From Klebsiella phage vB_KpnP_PW7, in sequence record PQ409239.1: 64,000 bases of DNA, one strand, 5' to 3'. Made by a program: the position numbers and the translations under genes. Positions within the stretch are counted from its first letter, which is position 1. Every line of letters starts with the position of its first letter. The notes below the pieces were generated by a model. That model did not search any database. It saw nothing but the letters and a program-made list of their open reading frames with translations, and was not told the DNA's origin. Of the stretch, positions 8,544 to 17,782 are shown one piece after another.

Positions 8544-8589
8544 TTAATCCATTATGCAGGGCATAAGCCCAAGAAGCAGGAGAAACAAA

Positions 8590-9804
8590 ATGCAAACTTT
8601 TACTGGCCGTGAATACCTGAAAATTGATATTGCTAACAACTATGGCCTGGACAAGAAAGACTGGGATGAGCGTATTGCATGGTTCGACCGCAACGAGCAC
8701 AACTTAGGTGCTCTGGTTAAAGAAGCAGATGAACCAGCACTGTTCTATGCAGGTGTTAACGCATGGAAGGCTGTACAAGCTGGTGAGCCTATTGGCTATC
8801 CTATTGCACTGGATGCTACGTCATCTGGCTTACAGATTCTGGCATGTCTGACTGGTGACCGTCAGGCTGCTGAACTGTGCAACGTAGTGAATTACTACGA
8901 AGACGGTAAGCCTAAACGTCGTGACGGCTATACAGTCATCTATAAGGCTATGCTGGAAGTACTGGGTGAGTCCGGGCGTATTAAGCGTGACGACTGTAAG
9001 CAGGCAATCATGACTGCTCTGTATGGCTCAGAAGCAATGCCTAAACAGGTATTCGGTGAGGGTATCTTGCTCAAAGTGTTCGAGAACATTATGAGTGAGA
9101 AGGCACCAGCAGTATGGGAACTCAACAAGTTCTGGCTGCAATGTGGCAACCCTGAAGCTACTGAATACCACTGGGTATTGCCAGACGGCTTCAACGTACA
9201 TATCAAAGTAATGGTACCAGAAGTACAGACAGTACATTTCCTGAATAAGCCTTACGACGTTGTTCGTATGGTTCAGGGAGTGGAAGAGAAGACACGTATG
9301 TTGTCTGCTAACACCACTCACAGTCTGGATGGCATGGTAGTACGTGAACTGATTCGTCGTTGTAACTATGACCCAGAGCTGGTGAAGTATGTTAAGCAGC
9401 TGTGCTACGGTGTAAACGTAGACCAGGTAACTATAGAGGGCAATGCCGAGATGGTAGAGCAACTGTGGACTTACTATAAGGACACTGGCTACCTCTCTGC
9501 ACGTATCTTTGACTACCTGGATGCAGGCACAATTCACTTAGTAGACCGTACAGCCATTATAGAACTGATTGAGTCACTGCCAGCTAAACCGTTTAAGGTT
9601 CTGTCTGTGCATGATTGCTTCCGTTGCCTGCCTCAGTATGGCAATGACCTGCGTCGTCAGTACAACATTCAATTAGCTACTATTGCTAAGTCCGACCTGC
9701 TGTCATTCATCATGTCTCAAGTACTGGGTGAAAAGGTTACCATTGGTAAGCTGGACCCAGACCTGTGGAAAGACATTGGAGAAACAGAATATGCACTCTC
9801 ATAA
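8590..9804 (+). CDS. phage RNA polymerase II large subunit (N4 gp16-like RNAP2, T7-like single-subunit RNAP catalytic part)
   Basis: DATSSGLQILACLTGD matches T7 RNAP motif A (DGSCSGIQHFSAM); LSVHDCFRC matches motif C (HDSFGT); start at Met13 with RBS AGGAGAAACAAA. Confidence 0.8.
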   Translation: MQTFTGREYLKIDIANNYGLDKKDWDERIAWFDRNEHNLGALVKEADEPALFYAGVNAWKAVQAGEPIGYPIALDATSSGLQILACLTGDRQAAELCNVVNYYEDGKPKRRDGYTVIYKAMLEVLGESGRIKRDDCKQAIMTALYGSEAMPKQVFGEGILLKVFENIMSEKAPAVWELNKFWLQCGNPEATEYHWVLPDGFNVHIKVMVPEVQTVHFLNKPYDVVRMVQGVEEKTRMLSANTTHSLDGMVVRELIRRCNYDPELVKYVKQLCYGVNVDQVTIEGNAEMVEQLWTYYKDTGYLSARIFDYLDAGTIHLVDRTAIIELIESLPAKPFKVLSVHDCFRCLPQYGNDLRRQYNIQLATIAKSDLLSFIMSQVLGEKVTIGKLDPDLWKDIGETEYALS

Positions 9805-9951
9805 CTTACCAATCCCAAAACTATACGCATACATCAGAGGACAGTATCGATTTAAAGCTCCTGGTGTATGCACTAGACTATGGACAGATGAAAATTGGAT
9901 TGCCTTTATTGATTCATACAAAGGTTGGACTGTAAAAGTATGTTAAAACTT

Positions 9952-9987
9952 AGCCACTCCTTCGGGAGTGGCTTATTTTTTTGTTTG
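9952..9987 (+). terminator. rho-independent terminator
   Basis: AGCCACTCC ttcg GGAGTGGCT followed by TATTTTTTTGTTT. Confidence 0.75.
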
Positions 9988-10029
9988 AATTCATAATAGC
10001 TAGGCAATATTGCCTAAGAGGATAGATAC

Positions 10030-10545
10030 ATGCCAACTTTATACGCTAGTTTAAAACAAGAAACCGGTGAAGTAGATGTTAAGTTTACCAATGCAGTAGG
10101 CGAGGGATTCGTTGCAATTGGTTCATTTGTTCACCCAGATGCAACCTACCCAGATAGCTACGTTATTTATCACGGAGTACGTGACCTGCTTTATAAACGC
10201 AAAGCCTCTGACCCAAGTCAGGTAGGATTCTGGCCGGATAACATCACGGATATGCAGAGCATTACCATTAAAGCAGAGGAACCAGTAGCGGTTACAGGTG
10301 TAACTCTTAATAAGAGCACCAGCACCGGCCAAGTTGGTGGAAACGAAACGTTGGTTGTTACTGTAGCACCAACCGACGCTACTGATAAATCAGTAGTATG
10401 GAGCACCTCAGATGCTACTAAAGCCACGGTAGACCAAACCGGTAAAGTAGTACTGACCGGGGTAGGTACTGTAACCATCACTGCAACCACTAAAGATGGT
10501 GGCTACACAGCCAGCTGTGAGTACACAGTGACTGAAGCTGCATAA
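10030..10545 (+). CDS. Ig-like (Big_2-type) domain protein
   Basis: C-terminal VTGVTLNKST...VVWSTSD..TVDQTGKVVLTGVGTVTITATTKDGGYTASCEYTV resembles bacterial Ig-like group 2 domains. Confidence 0.5.
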   Translation: MPTLYASLKQETGEVDVKFTNAVGEGFVAIGSFVHPDATYPDSYVIYHGVRDLLYKRKASDPSQVGFWPDNITDMQSITIKAEEPVAVTGVTLNKSTSTGQVGGNETLVVTVAPTDATDKSVVWSTSDATKATVDQTGKVVLTGVGTVTITATTKDGGYTASCEYTVTEAA

Positions 10546-10603
10546 GCTAGTTTTATAGTTTTCTTGGGGTTATTAACCTCGCCATAAACAATCCTTATCT
10601 TTT

Positions 10604-10632
10604 GCCCACCCTTGCGGTGGGCATTTTTTTGG
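10604..10632 (+). terminator. rho-independent terminator
   Basis: GCCCACC cttgc GGTGGGC followed by ATTTTTTTGG. Confidence 0.75.
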
Positions 10633-10683
10633 CTATTATGTAATTCTTTATATGACCATCCACCCTTAACTAAGTAGGTATAT

Positions 10684-10953
10684 ATGCGTAAGATTGCTTT
10701 AATCGGATGTGGTGCAGTAATTGGCCTGTTGGCTCTGACTGCCCACTATGTAGTGGAACGTCTGTTCGGTTTCAACCTGCCGGACTTCACGGTATACATC
10801 GCTGCTGCGATTGCAGCCCCTGTATTCGGGGTAGTGCAATTTGACCATAAGGCGTTTAGCCGAGCCTTCGCTGAAAAATCTAAGCTGGTCATCGACCGCC
10901 TAGGTTTTCGAACGTGTGGGGTCGGTTGTCTAAGCCGACCAGAATACATGTAA
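10684..10953 (+). CDS. membrane protein (2 TM)
   Basis: Hydrophobic segments IALIGCGAVIGLLALTA and VYIAAAIAAPVFGVV. Confidence 0.45.
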   Translation: MRKIALIGCGAVIGLLALTAHYVVERLFGFNLPDFTVYIAAAIAAPVFGVVQFDHKAFSRAFAEKSKLVIDRLGFRTCGVGCLSRPEYM

Positions 10954-10976
10954 ACAAACACTACATTCGCAAGTAA

Positions 10977-11012
10977 AAAACCCCGCCATTGTGCGGGGTT
11001 TTTGTTTTTTTG
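10977..11012 (+). terminator. rho-independent terminator
   Basis: AAAACCCCGC cattgt GCGGGGTTTT followed by TGTTTTTTTGG. Confidence 0.75.
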
Positions 11013-11238
11013 GTTTTCATACTTTGGAGCAAAAACGTTGAAACTTACTAATTCTCAATCTGTTTTTCTTAAAATGGTTAAGTCTGGTACTGCACCACGT
11101 GCACTGTCCAACAAAACAGCCCGTGCTCTTAACAAGATGGGTTTGATTAAACCCAACGCTATGTACGGCTGGATTCTTACCACTGCTGGCTTACAAGCCC
11201 TCGGAGAGTTAAGCAATGCAGGAGAAAAACAGGCGTAA
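11002..11238 (+). CDS. hypothetical protein (start uncertain; internal Met at 11065 possible)
   Basis: ORF begins inside the preceding terminator, so a downstream start is likely. Confidence 0.3.
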   Translation: MFFWFSYFGAKTLKLTNSQSVFLKMVKSGTAPRALSNKTARALNKMGLIKPNAMYGWILTTAGLQALGELSNAGEKQA

Positions 11239-11566
11239 GACCCTGATAGATAGAATCCAGTCAAGAGTTAAGCTGCAAGACTTAGGGCATACCATCAATG
11301 GTCAACCCAGCCTGTGCCATATCTGGACTGGTTCTCATTCTGGAAATGGTAGAGGTGGGCAATATGGTCGTATTTCCGTAAATGGAATTACTTCTGCTAC
11401 CCACATCGTAGTGTTTACCCACTATCACGGTTATATACCGTGCAGGATGCAGGTAGACCACCTGTGTAATAACCGACTGTGCTGTAACCCTGAACATCTG
11501 GAATTGGTAACTCACCAGGAGAACCAGAAGAGAAGGGCTGCACGTAAGAAAGGAACCAAGAAATGA
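11216..11566 (+). CDS. HNH homing endonuclease
   Basis: CHIW.G......YGRI..NG....HI..........MQVDHLCNNRLCCNPEHLELVTHQEN matches the HNH_3 (AP2-type) motif. Confidence 0.7.
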   Translation: MQEKNRRKTLIDRIQSRVKLQDLGHTINGQPSLCHIWTGSHSGNGRGGQYGRISVNGITSATHIVVFTHYHGYIPCRMQVDHLCNNRLCCNPEHLELVTHQENQKRRAARKKGTKK

Positions 11567-11802
11567 TAACTCCTGACCAGAGTGCTATGGTTATGGACGA
11601 CTTAGACGTACAGTATTTTATTCATGGTTATCACGACAATGTTCAAATTAACTGCCAAACTTTGGCAGAAAAAACCAATGCACTAATAAGGTGTGATAGG
11701 AAACTGCAACAATTTGAGCAACATAATTGGAATATGTCGTCTACTCACAGAAGAGATAGCATACACCTAAAACTACTCAAATTGTGGGGAACCAGAAAAT
11801 GA
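11563..11802 (+). CDS. hypothetical protein
   Basis: 79-aa ORF coupled to the HNH stop. Confidence 0.35.
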   Translation: MITPDQSAMVMDDLDVQYFIHGYHDNVQINCQTLAEKTNALIRCDRKLQQFEQHNWNMSSTHRRDSIHLKLLKLWGTRK

Positions 11803-11990
11803 AAGAAGATTGCTTTTTTGCATTCGTGGCTGGTGGTGTCATTGGTGTGATAGTCATGGGTTTACTCATGTCCCATGTTGGACCTAACTCCAAAGCCAAA
11901 GTTGATGCTCGTAAAGCTGAATGTGAGCTTAATATTCCACGTAACCAAAACTGCGTAATGCAGTTTGTACCAGAAAAGGTAAAACAATGA
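11799..11990 (+). CDS. small membrane protein (1 TM)
   Basis: ATG start (MKEDCFFAFVAGGVIGVIVMGLLM), RBS GGGGAA; upstream GTG start rejected. Confidence 0.4.
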   Translation: MKEDCFFAFVAGGVIGVIVMGLLMSHVGPNSKAKVDARKAECELNIPRNQNCVMQFVPEKVKQ

Positions 11991-12172
11991 AATTATTTTT
12001 AGCACTCTTTTCAATGCTCGTCATTTCACTCGCCGGTTTGTCTTGGGTTTTCAGTGAACCTCAAAACATCATGCAGCAAATCTATTTTGCTGTTAAGTGC
12101 TCAACTACCATGATTTGGATGTATACCATCCATTCCATCTGGATTCGTTATACGAATAGTAAAGGCAAATAA
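11987..12172 (+). CDS. small membrane protein
   Basis: MKLFLALFSMLVISLAGLSWVF, 61 aa. Confidence 0.4.
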   Translation: MKLFLALFSMLVISLAGLSWVFSEPQNIMQQIYFAVKCSTTMIWMYTIHSIWIRYTNSKGK

Positions 12173-12532
12173 ATGAAAAAGTTAGCTATTGCATCAGCAA
12201 TCTTGCTTGGTTCATTGGTTGGTTTTGTAGAAGCTAAACCTATGATTTGCACCATGAACACCGAAGGGCTCAAGAACAATTATGTCGATGAGCCGGTAAC
12301 CATTATTGACAATGGTAGTAACTGGGAAGCTTACTTCTCAGATGGTGAACACATGGTGACTACACCCAAGCCAATGCTACCTGGTAAGAAAGATACCACT
12401 AACCTGTATTCCCGCACTGAGTCTGAATTATTCAGCAAAGGCCGGGGTAAATTCAAAGGTTATTACGGTATTCGTTTCTTTGGGGACGATAAAAAAGTAG
12501 TAACTATCAAGTGCCCAACTGAAGTTATCTAA
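12173..12532 (+). CDS. secreted/periplasmic small protein (signal peptide)
   Basis: MKKLAIASAILLGSLVGFVEA-KP: positively charged N-terminus, hydrophobic core, AxA-like cleavage site. Confidence 0.5.
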   Translation: MKKLAIASAILLGSLVGFVEAKPMICTMNTEGLKNNYVDEPVTIIDNGSNWEAYFSDGEHMVTTPKPMLPGKKDTTNLYSRTESELFSKGRGKFKGYYGIRFFGDDKKVVTIKCPTEVI

Positions 12533-12557
12533 ACAAACAGAAACAGGAGAAGCAATT

Positions 12558-12911
12558 ATGAGTCACGCAGATAAACGTACTCCAGTAACAGATGCCCTGG
12601 AAACCCTCGGTATGATTCACTTCAAGCCAGAAAAGCGTGATGCTATTCATCTGGCAGTAGAACCAGTGGTGGCCGCTTCTGATTTATTCATTGGTGAGCG
12701 TATTGGTATCGTCAACGGTAAGGCTTATCGTACAGGCACCAAAATGTACACCAACGGTGTGGAATCCTATGTACCGTATCACGGCATCGTTGACCCGTTT
12801 CTGTCACGTGGCCCGAAGGTAGGTGATTCCTTCTGGTTCGTCATGGCTCCTCGTATGGTTCAGTCCCTGCGTCATGTGTGGGAACACCCAGACTTCCCGG
12901 CAGGTGAATAA
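12558..12911 (+). CDS. hypothetical protein
   Basis: 117-aa ORF with RBS GGAGAAG. Confidence 0.45.
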   Translation: MSHADKRTPVTDALETLGMIHFKPEKRDAIHLAVEPVVAASDLFIGERIGIVNGKAYRTGTKMYTNGVESYVPYHGIVDPFLSRGPKVGDSFWFVMAPRMVQSLRHVWEHPDFPAGE

Positions 12912-13258
12912 TGGAGCGTTACTCACCAGATAGCACCCATGATGCATTAGTCATTATGGGTAACCCAAGAGCACTCGCTTATCAGTGGATTGTTGAATAC
13001 GCCAAGTATATCTCCCCGGAAAAGCGAACTGATGATGACGATGATGGCGGTTATTACGACACCTCTCCTGTAAGTGCAGAGGAACTCATCGAAGCTGCTC
13101 TTAGCCACCAAGATGGTGGTTGGGGCGACTATATCTGTCGTGGTGGAGAATATGAAGGCTTTCAGCTTGACTCCACTTTCTGGGATAAGTTCGCCATTGT
13201 CATGGGTATTGAACGTGAATCTGTAGAAGAACGCAGTTTCTTCACCTGTTCCTGTTAA
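12911..13258 (+). CDS. hypothetical protein (acidic stretch DDDDDGGYYD)
   Basis: 115-aa ORF. Confidence 0.4.
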   Translation: MERYSPDSTHDALVIMGNPRALAYQWIVEYAKYISPEKRTDDDDDGGYYDTSPVSAEELIEAALSHQDGGWGDYICRGGEYEGFQLDSTFWDKFAIVMGIERESVEERSFFTCSC

Positions 13259-13268
13259 GGGGTTTTAG

Positions 13269-14321
13269 ATGTCTATTGAATCATTAGCCCGTTCTACACC
13301 TCGACAAACACGTCGTATTGTGGAACGTTGCATCCGTTCTGAAGTTGTCCCATATATCACCAGCTCGCCTGGTATGGGTAAATCCTCTATCGTTAAGCAG
13401 ATTGCTGAGGACTATGGCCTTATCCTTATTGACCACCGTCTATCCACATCTGCACCGGAAGACTTATCTGGCCTTCCTCGTTTCCGTGAAGACGGACGAG
13501 CAGAGTTTGCCCCGTTTGCGGACCTGTTCCCGTTAGAAGGGGACAAAATACCAGAAGGCTACAACGGCTGGTTGCTGCTGCTGGACGAGTTCCCTTCAGC
13601 AAGTAAGTCAGTACAGGCTGCTGCCTATAAACTGATTCTGGACCGTATGACTGGTCAGAAAAAGCTGCATCCTAACGTAGCTATCGTGTGTGCGGGTAAC
13701 TTACAGTCTGACCGTGCCATCGTTAACCCAATCGGTACAGCTCTGCAATCTCGTATGGTTCATATCGAGATGATGGTTGACTTCGATGAGTGGTTGGAAG
13801 ACGTAGCAATCCCTGAGAAATGGGATGACCGTCTGATTGCTTACTTGTCAGCAAATCGCAGCCATTTGATGGACTTTGACCCGAACCACGAAAACAAAAC
13901 GTTCTGCTGTCCTCGTACTTGGGGCTTCGTTAACTCTCTGCTGAAGACCGGTTATAAAGGCCCAATCCCGGCAGAGGACACGCCAATGTATGGTGGAGCT
14001 ATTACTACGGGTGTAGCGACGTCATTCGTTCAGTTCACTGCTGTCTATAAAGAGATGGTATCTCTTAAAGATATTCTCCATGACCCAATGGAAGCAAAGC
14101 TGCCTACTAAGCCAGACCTTTGCTGGGCTACCATTACCAGTCTGTGTACTCAGATTGATAAAGGTAACTACGTAGAAATCTTTAAGTATATCAGCCGCTT
14201 TAAAGAGGTTACTTTCAAGATTCTCTTCTACCGTACTGTTATCAAGACGCTGCCTGAGATTGATGATACTCAGGAGTATCGTGATGCAGCCATTCAGTTG
14301 GGCAAATACATTCATAGCTAA
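13269..14321 (+). CDS. AAA+ ATPase (MoxR-like; N4 gp24-like)
   Basis: Walker A SSPGMGKSS; Walker B LLLLDEF; paired with a downstream vWA-type gene. Confidence 0.65.
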   Translation: MSIESLARSTPRQTRRIVERCIRSEVVPYITSSPGMGKSSIVKQIAEDYGLILIDHRLSTSAPEDLSGLPRFREDGRAEFAPFADLFPLEGDKIPEGYNGWLLLLDEFPSASKSVQAAAYKLILDRMTGQKKLHPNVAIVCAGNLQSDRAIVNPIGTALQSRMVHIEMMVDFDEWLEDVAIPEKWDDRLIAYLSANRSHLMDFDPNHENKTFCCPRTWGFVNSLLKTGYKGPIPAEDTPMYGGAITTGVATSFVQFTAVYKEMVSLKDILHDPMEAKLPTKPDLCWATITSLCTQIDKGNYVEIFKYISRFKEVTFKILFYRTVIKTLPEIDDTQEYRDAAIQLGKYIHS

Positions 14322-14331
14322 GAGGTGACCC

Positions 14332-15483
14332 ATGTCGCAAGACCTTCAAAGGGAGTACGACAAAACTCAGGTTAACGCCTTCATTGGTAGTACTGCTGCT
14401 TTCTTTGGGGCTATCCTCTGCACTTTGAAAATGCGTTGGGATAGCAATATCCCAACTGCTGCTACTGATGGAGAAACCTTATTCTGGAATCCGGATTGGT
14501 TCCTTCAACTGCCGGTTAACACCAGAAAAACTGTGCTTATGCATGAACTATGGCACGTAGCATTGCTTCACGGGCCTCGTCTGGGTAGTCGTGACCCTGA
14601 AGTATGGAACCAGGCATGTGATATCTACATCAATAACATGCTTTCTGGGCCAGAATATAAACGAGATAAATACTCGTTTGACGGTACCAAACCCTGGATT
14701 GACCCGGACTATGATGGGTGGGTTGAAGAAGATATTTACGACGACCTGGTTAAGAACCCACAAAAGCAACCTAAAGGTAGCGGTGGTGGTGCATTTGGTC
14801 CGGGTGATTGTGGAGACATGCTCAAGCCCGCTTCGGCTGCTGTCAACGCAAATGTCGTCAACAACGTAGTTCGTGCAATGCACCAACAGAAGTTGTCAGG
14901 TGGAGCTGAACCAGGAAAAATGCCTGGTCGTACTGAAGAGGTAATTACCCAGTTCCTCAAACCAGTGGTTAAGTGGGAAGCTTTATTAGAACGCTTCTTC
15001 ACTGAATTACTGGATGAGGATTATACCTGGGCAAGACCTAACAGACGTTACCAGGATATCTACCTCCCATCTCGTTTTACTGATGATGGGCGTTTAGAGC
15101 ATCTGGCTTATTTCCAGGATGTATCCGGTTCAATTCAAACCAAGGATTCTTTGCGTTTTAACTCAGAACTTGCGTATGTATGGCGTAAGTATGCCCCAGA
15201 GAAAATGTCAATTATCCAGTTTGATACCGTCATTCAACAGACTGACGAGCTTAGAGAAGGTGATACATTCACTGAAATTAAGATTGTTGGTCGGGGTGGT
15301 ACTGACCTAAGAGAAGTACGCGAGTGGATTATTAAGCATAAACCCACGGCTGCTATTATCTTCTCTGACCTGGAAGTAGCACCTATGGAAGAGCTACCAT
15401 TCGATATTCCCATTATTTGGGTATGTATCCGTAATCCGAGGGCTACTGTCCCGTTTGGTAAGCTGATTCATATCAACAACTGA
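14332..15483 (+). CDS. vWA/DUF2201-type protein with HExxH metallopeptidase-like motif (N4 gp25-like)
   Basis: LMHELWHVALLHG motif; conserved partner of MoxR-like ATPases; 383 aa. Confidence 0.55.
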   Translation: MSQDLQREYDKTQVNAFIGSTAAFFGAILCTLKMRWDSNIPTAATDGETLFWNPDWFLQLPVNTRKTVLMHELWHVALLHGPRLGSRDPEVWNQACDIYINNMLSGPEYKRDKYSFDGTKPWIDPDYDGWVEEDIYDDLVKNPQKQPKGSGGGAFGPGDCGDMLKPASAAVNANVVNNVVRAMHQQKLSGGAEPGKMPGRTEEVITQFLKPVVKWEALLERFFTELLDEDYTWARPNRRYQDIYLPSRFTDDGRLEHLAYFQDVSGSIQTKDSLRFNSELAYVWRKYAPEKMSIIQFDTVIQQTDELREGDTFTEIKIVGRGGTDLREVREWIIKHKPTAAIIFSDLEVAPMEELPFDIPIIWVCIRNPRATVPFGKLIHINN

Positions 15484-15490
15484 GGAATTT

Positions 15491-16018
15491 ATGGTACGTA
15501 ATTCTGGTAAACTGCTGTTTACTGAGATTGGCAAACCAATCGCAGATATGCACGCAGGTAAAAATGTGAACCCTGGTTCTGATACAACCTTTGGTTTAGG
15601 CGAAGCTGGCTATGACATCCGTATTAAACAGGATGTGACCTTCTATCGCTTATTCGGGTTGATACCAATGGTAAAAATCGTTGATGGGTCTTATGTAAGG
15701 CACCATTTTGGAAAGTTTGCCTTGGCTTCAGCAATAGAAAGGTTTGACATGTCTGATGACCTGGTTGGAATTGTCCATGACAAATCCACCTGGGCAAGAC
15801 GTGCATTATCAGTGTTCAATACTGTGATAGAACCCGGATGGCAAGGGTATCTTACCCTTGAACTGGTCTACCACGGACGTAAGAAGTTACATATCCCGGC
15901 TGGTTCTGGTATTGCTCAGGTAATCTTTCATGAAACAGCTATGAGAGCTACCTATCGTGGGCGTTATCAGAACCAAGCCAATCAACCAGTAGCTGCTAAG
16001 TCAGCAAATAAGGAATAA
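15491..16018 (+). CDS. dcd: dCTP deaminase (dUTPase fold)
   Basis: GWQGYLTLELVYHGRKKLHIPAGSGIAQVIFHE resembles the Dcd active-site region (IDPGWSG..VLE..N.G). Confidence 0.6.
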   Translation: MVRNSGKLLFTEIGKPIADMHAGKNVNPGSDTTFGLGEAGYDIRIKQDVTFYRLFGLIPMVKIVDGSYVRHHFGKFALASAIERFDMSDDLVGIVHDKSTWARRALSVFNTVIEPGWQGYLTLELVYHGRKKLHIPAGSGIAQVIFHETAMRATYRGRYQNQANQPVAAKSANKE

Positions 16019-16020
16019 CC

Positions 16021-16236
16021 ATGTCTGTATTTCAAGTAACCCGTCTGGATAACAATGTTCGACTGACCATCAATGCTGCTAATGTTGCATCTGTGGCAGA
16101 AGTAGATGATGGCAATCGTGCCCAGATTACTTTCATCAGTAACGAACACTTTACCACTGAAGAAAGCTATCGTTCTGTACGTGGCTATCTGAAGAAAGCA
16201 CTGGCTCAGGCATCGTCTACTGACGATAAAGAGTAA
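16021..16236 (+). CDS. hypothetical protein
   Basis: 71-aa ORF. Confidence 0.4.
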   Translation: MSVFQVTRLDNNVRLTINAANVASVAEVDDGNRAQITFISNEHFTTEESYRSVRGYLKKALAQASSTDDKE

Positions 16237-16310
16237 GTCCCTTATGCAGTCTACGCAACGTTGTAGGCTGCATTATGGAGGTTACTCCAACATTGCTTAG
16301 TCTCTTATCC

Positions 16311-16340
16311 AAGCCCACTTAACCGTGGGCTTTTTTATTT
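16311..16340 (+). terminator. rho-independent terminator (preceded by a 10-bp-stem hairpin at 16247..16275)
   Basis: AAGCCCAC ttaacc GTGGGCTT followed by TTTTATTTGG. Confidence 0.7.
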
Positions 16341-16351
16341 GGAGTAACTGT

Positions 16352-16660
16352 ATGACTTCACTAAAAGACCTTGCCACTTACGACCTAAACAAGCTGGAGG
16401 CACTCTGGTCTGCTAGAATGTCTGGCAAAAGTACTTTAGTTGCTATATATGACTCCCTTGCTGAATTGAGGGTGGATTCTCGTTCACCATTAGAAGCTAA
16501 GGTGGATGATATAATCAAAACATACTGGTCTTCAGAAGGGAGTAAAGCATTCCGTGCTACTTTAGCTGCCCAAAAGTTAAATCCTCGTACTAAGGACATA
16601 TTCAGAAGTACAAGTACTCCTCATACGTTTCCTTGGTACCACAGAAAGCGTAAGTACTGA
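16352..16660 (+). CDS. hypothetical protein
   Basis: Start moved to MTSLKDL (RBS GGAGTAA), because the ORF-track start lies inside the terminator. Confidence 0.45.
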   Translation: MTSLKDLATYDLNKLEALWSARMSGKSTLVAIYDSLAELRVDSRSPLEAKVDDIIKTYWSSEGSKAFRATLAAQKLNPRTKDIFRSTSTPHTFPWYHRKRKY

Positions 16661-16740
16661 TGAATAGAATCCCGTTTTTTAAACCCCGTAAGAAAAAGAA
16701 ACAGAACCTGTTTCATAAGCAACAAACAAAGGATACCCCG

Positions 16741-17682
16741 ATGATTACAGCTACTATCCTTGCTGATAGCGTCTCTCCGCAAGGTGTTCGACTAACTACT
16801 ATGGAGTTGGTCTATCCTCGTTTTATTCATAGCGAGTTCATGACGCATCGTGTGTTTAATCGTAATGCTTCCAGTAGTCGTGCTATTCCTACTACCCGAT
16901 TCATTGAACAGGTACGTAGCAACCCAGTACGCCCTATTCACTGGGGCGAGAACCAGAAAGGAATGTCTGCTGAGAAGGAACTGAGTGAAGACGACAAGGT
17001 AGTAGCGGAAGTCATGTGGAACAGTGCTGCTGCTAGTGCTGCATTGTACGCTGATGAGCTACGCCGTATGCGTGTTCATAAGCAGGTAGTCAATCGTATA
17101 CTTGAGCCGTTTATGCACATCAAGGTGGTTGTGACTGCTACTCAGTGGAACAACTTCTTTGGTCTTCGCATTCATCCAGATGCCCAGCCTGAGATTCAGG
17201 AACTGGCTCGTAAGATGAAAGAAGCCTACGACAATTCCACAACTATGGAATTAAAACCAGGAGATTGGCACTTACCTTATGTATCCTCTCATGATACTGC
17301 TGCTGCTTACAATTATTGCAAATATCAACGAGTTACTCGTGATGAACCAAGTGCTGAAGAAGTTATTGGGTTACTGATTAAAATCAGTGCTGCTCGTTGT
17401 GCCCGTGCTTCTTACAATAACTTTGAAGGCAAGCCTTCAAGTATTGAAGAAGACCTGGGACTGTACGCCAAGTTGGTAGAAGACCAACCTATACATGCAA
17501 GCCCTACTGAGCACCAGGCTACCCCAATGAATAGAACTCATCCAAATGAGAACAGACCGTTGGAACCATGGACTTGGGAACAAGGTATCACCCATATGAC
17601 GAAGGAACGTAAATTGTACTCTGGTCCACTGCAAGGTTGGATTCAGTATCGTAAGCTGATTCCTGGCGAATGCATTAACTGA
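16741..17682 (+). CDS. putative flavin-dependent thymidylate synthase (ThyX-like)
   Basis: SEFMTHRVFNRNASSSRA resembles the ThyX RHRxxxxxxxSxR signature (T replaces the first R); start at Met28 with RBS AAGGA. Confidence 0.4.
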   Translation: MITATILADSVSPQGVRLTTMELVYPRFIHSEFMTHRVFNRNASSSRAIPTTRFIEQVRSNPVRPIHWGENQKGMSAEKELSEDDKVVAEVMWNSAAASAALYADELRRMRVHKQVVNRILEPFMHIKVVVTATQWNNFFGLRIHPDAQPEIQELARKMKEAYDNSTTMELKPGDWHLPYVSSHDTAAAYNYCKYQRVTRDEPSAEEVIGLLIKISAARCARASYNNFEGKPSSIEEDLGLYAKLVEDQPIHASPTEHQATPMNRTHPNENRPLEPWTWEQGITHMTKERKLYSGPLQGWIQYRKLIPGECIN

Positions 17683-17729
17683 ACCATTTCTTTGTTTGGT
17701 TGGGCATAGACTCAATATACTCCGCTATT

Positions 17730-17755
17730 GACCCACTTAGGTGGGTCTTTTTTTG
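17730..17755 (+). terminator. rho-independent terminator
   Basis: GACCCAC ttag GTGGGTC followed by TTTTTTTGA. Confidence 0.75.
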
Positions 17756-17782
17756 ATTTCATTCTTTTGTTCGGGAGGACAA

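Noticed and set aside
9028-9537. Reverse-strand 169-aa ORF inside the RNAP2 gene
   Set aside because: RNAP2 carries unambiguous T7-like polymerase motifs in the forward frame, and the antisense ORF has no support.
7439-9804. Possibility that the window is T7-like because of the T7-type RNAP motifs
   Set aside because: The RNAP is split into two genes (271 and 404 aa). It co-occurs with a 3.5-kaa virion RNAP, a 401-aa capsid protein, a 761-aa portal and the rIIA/SSB/primase order, which together are diagnostic of N4-like phages rather than T7.
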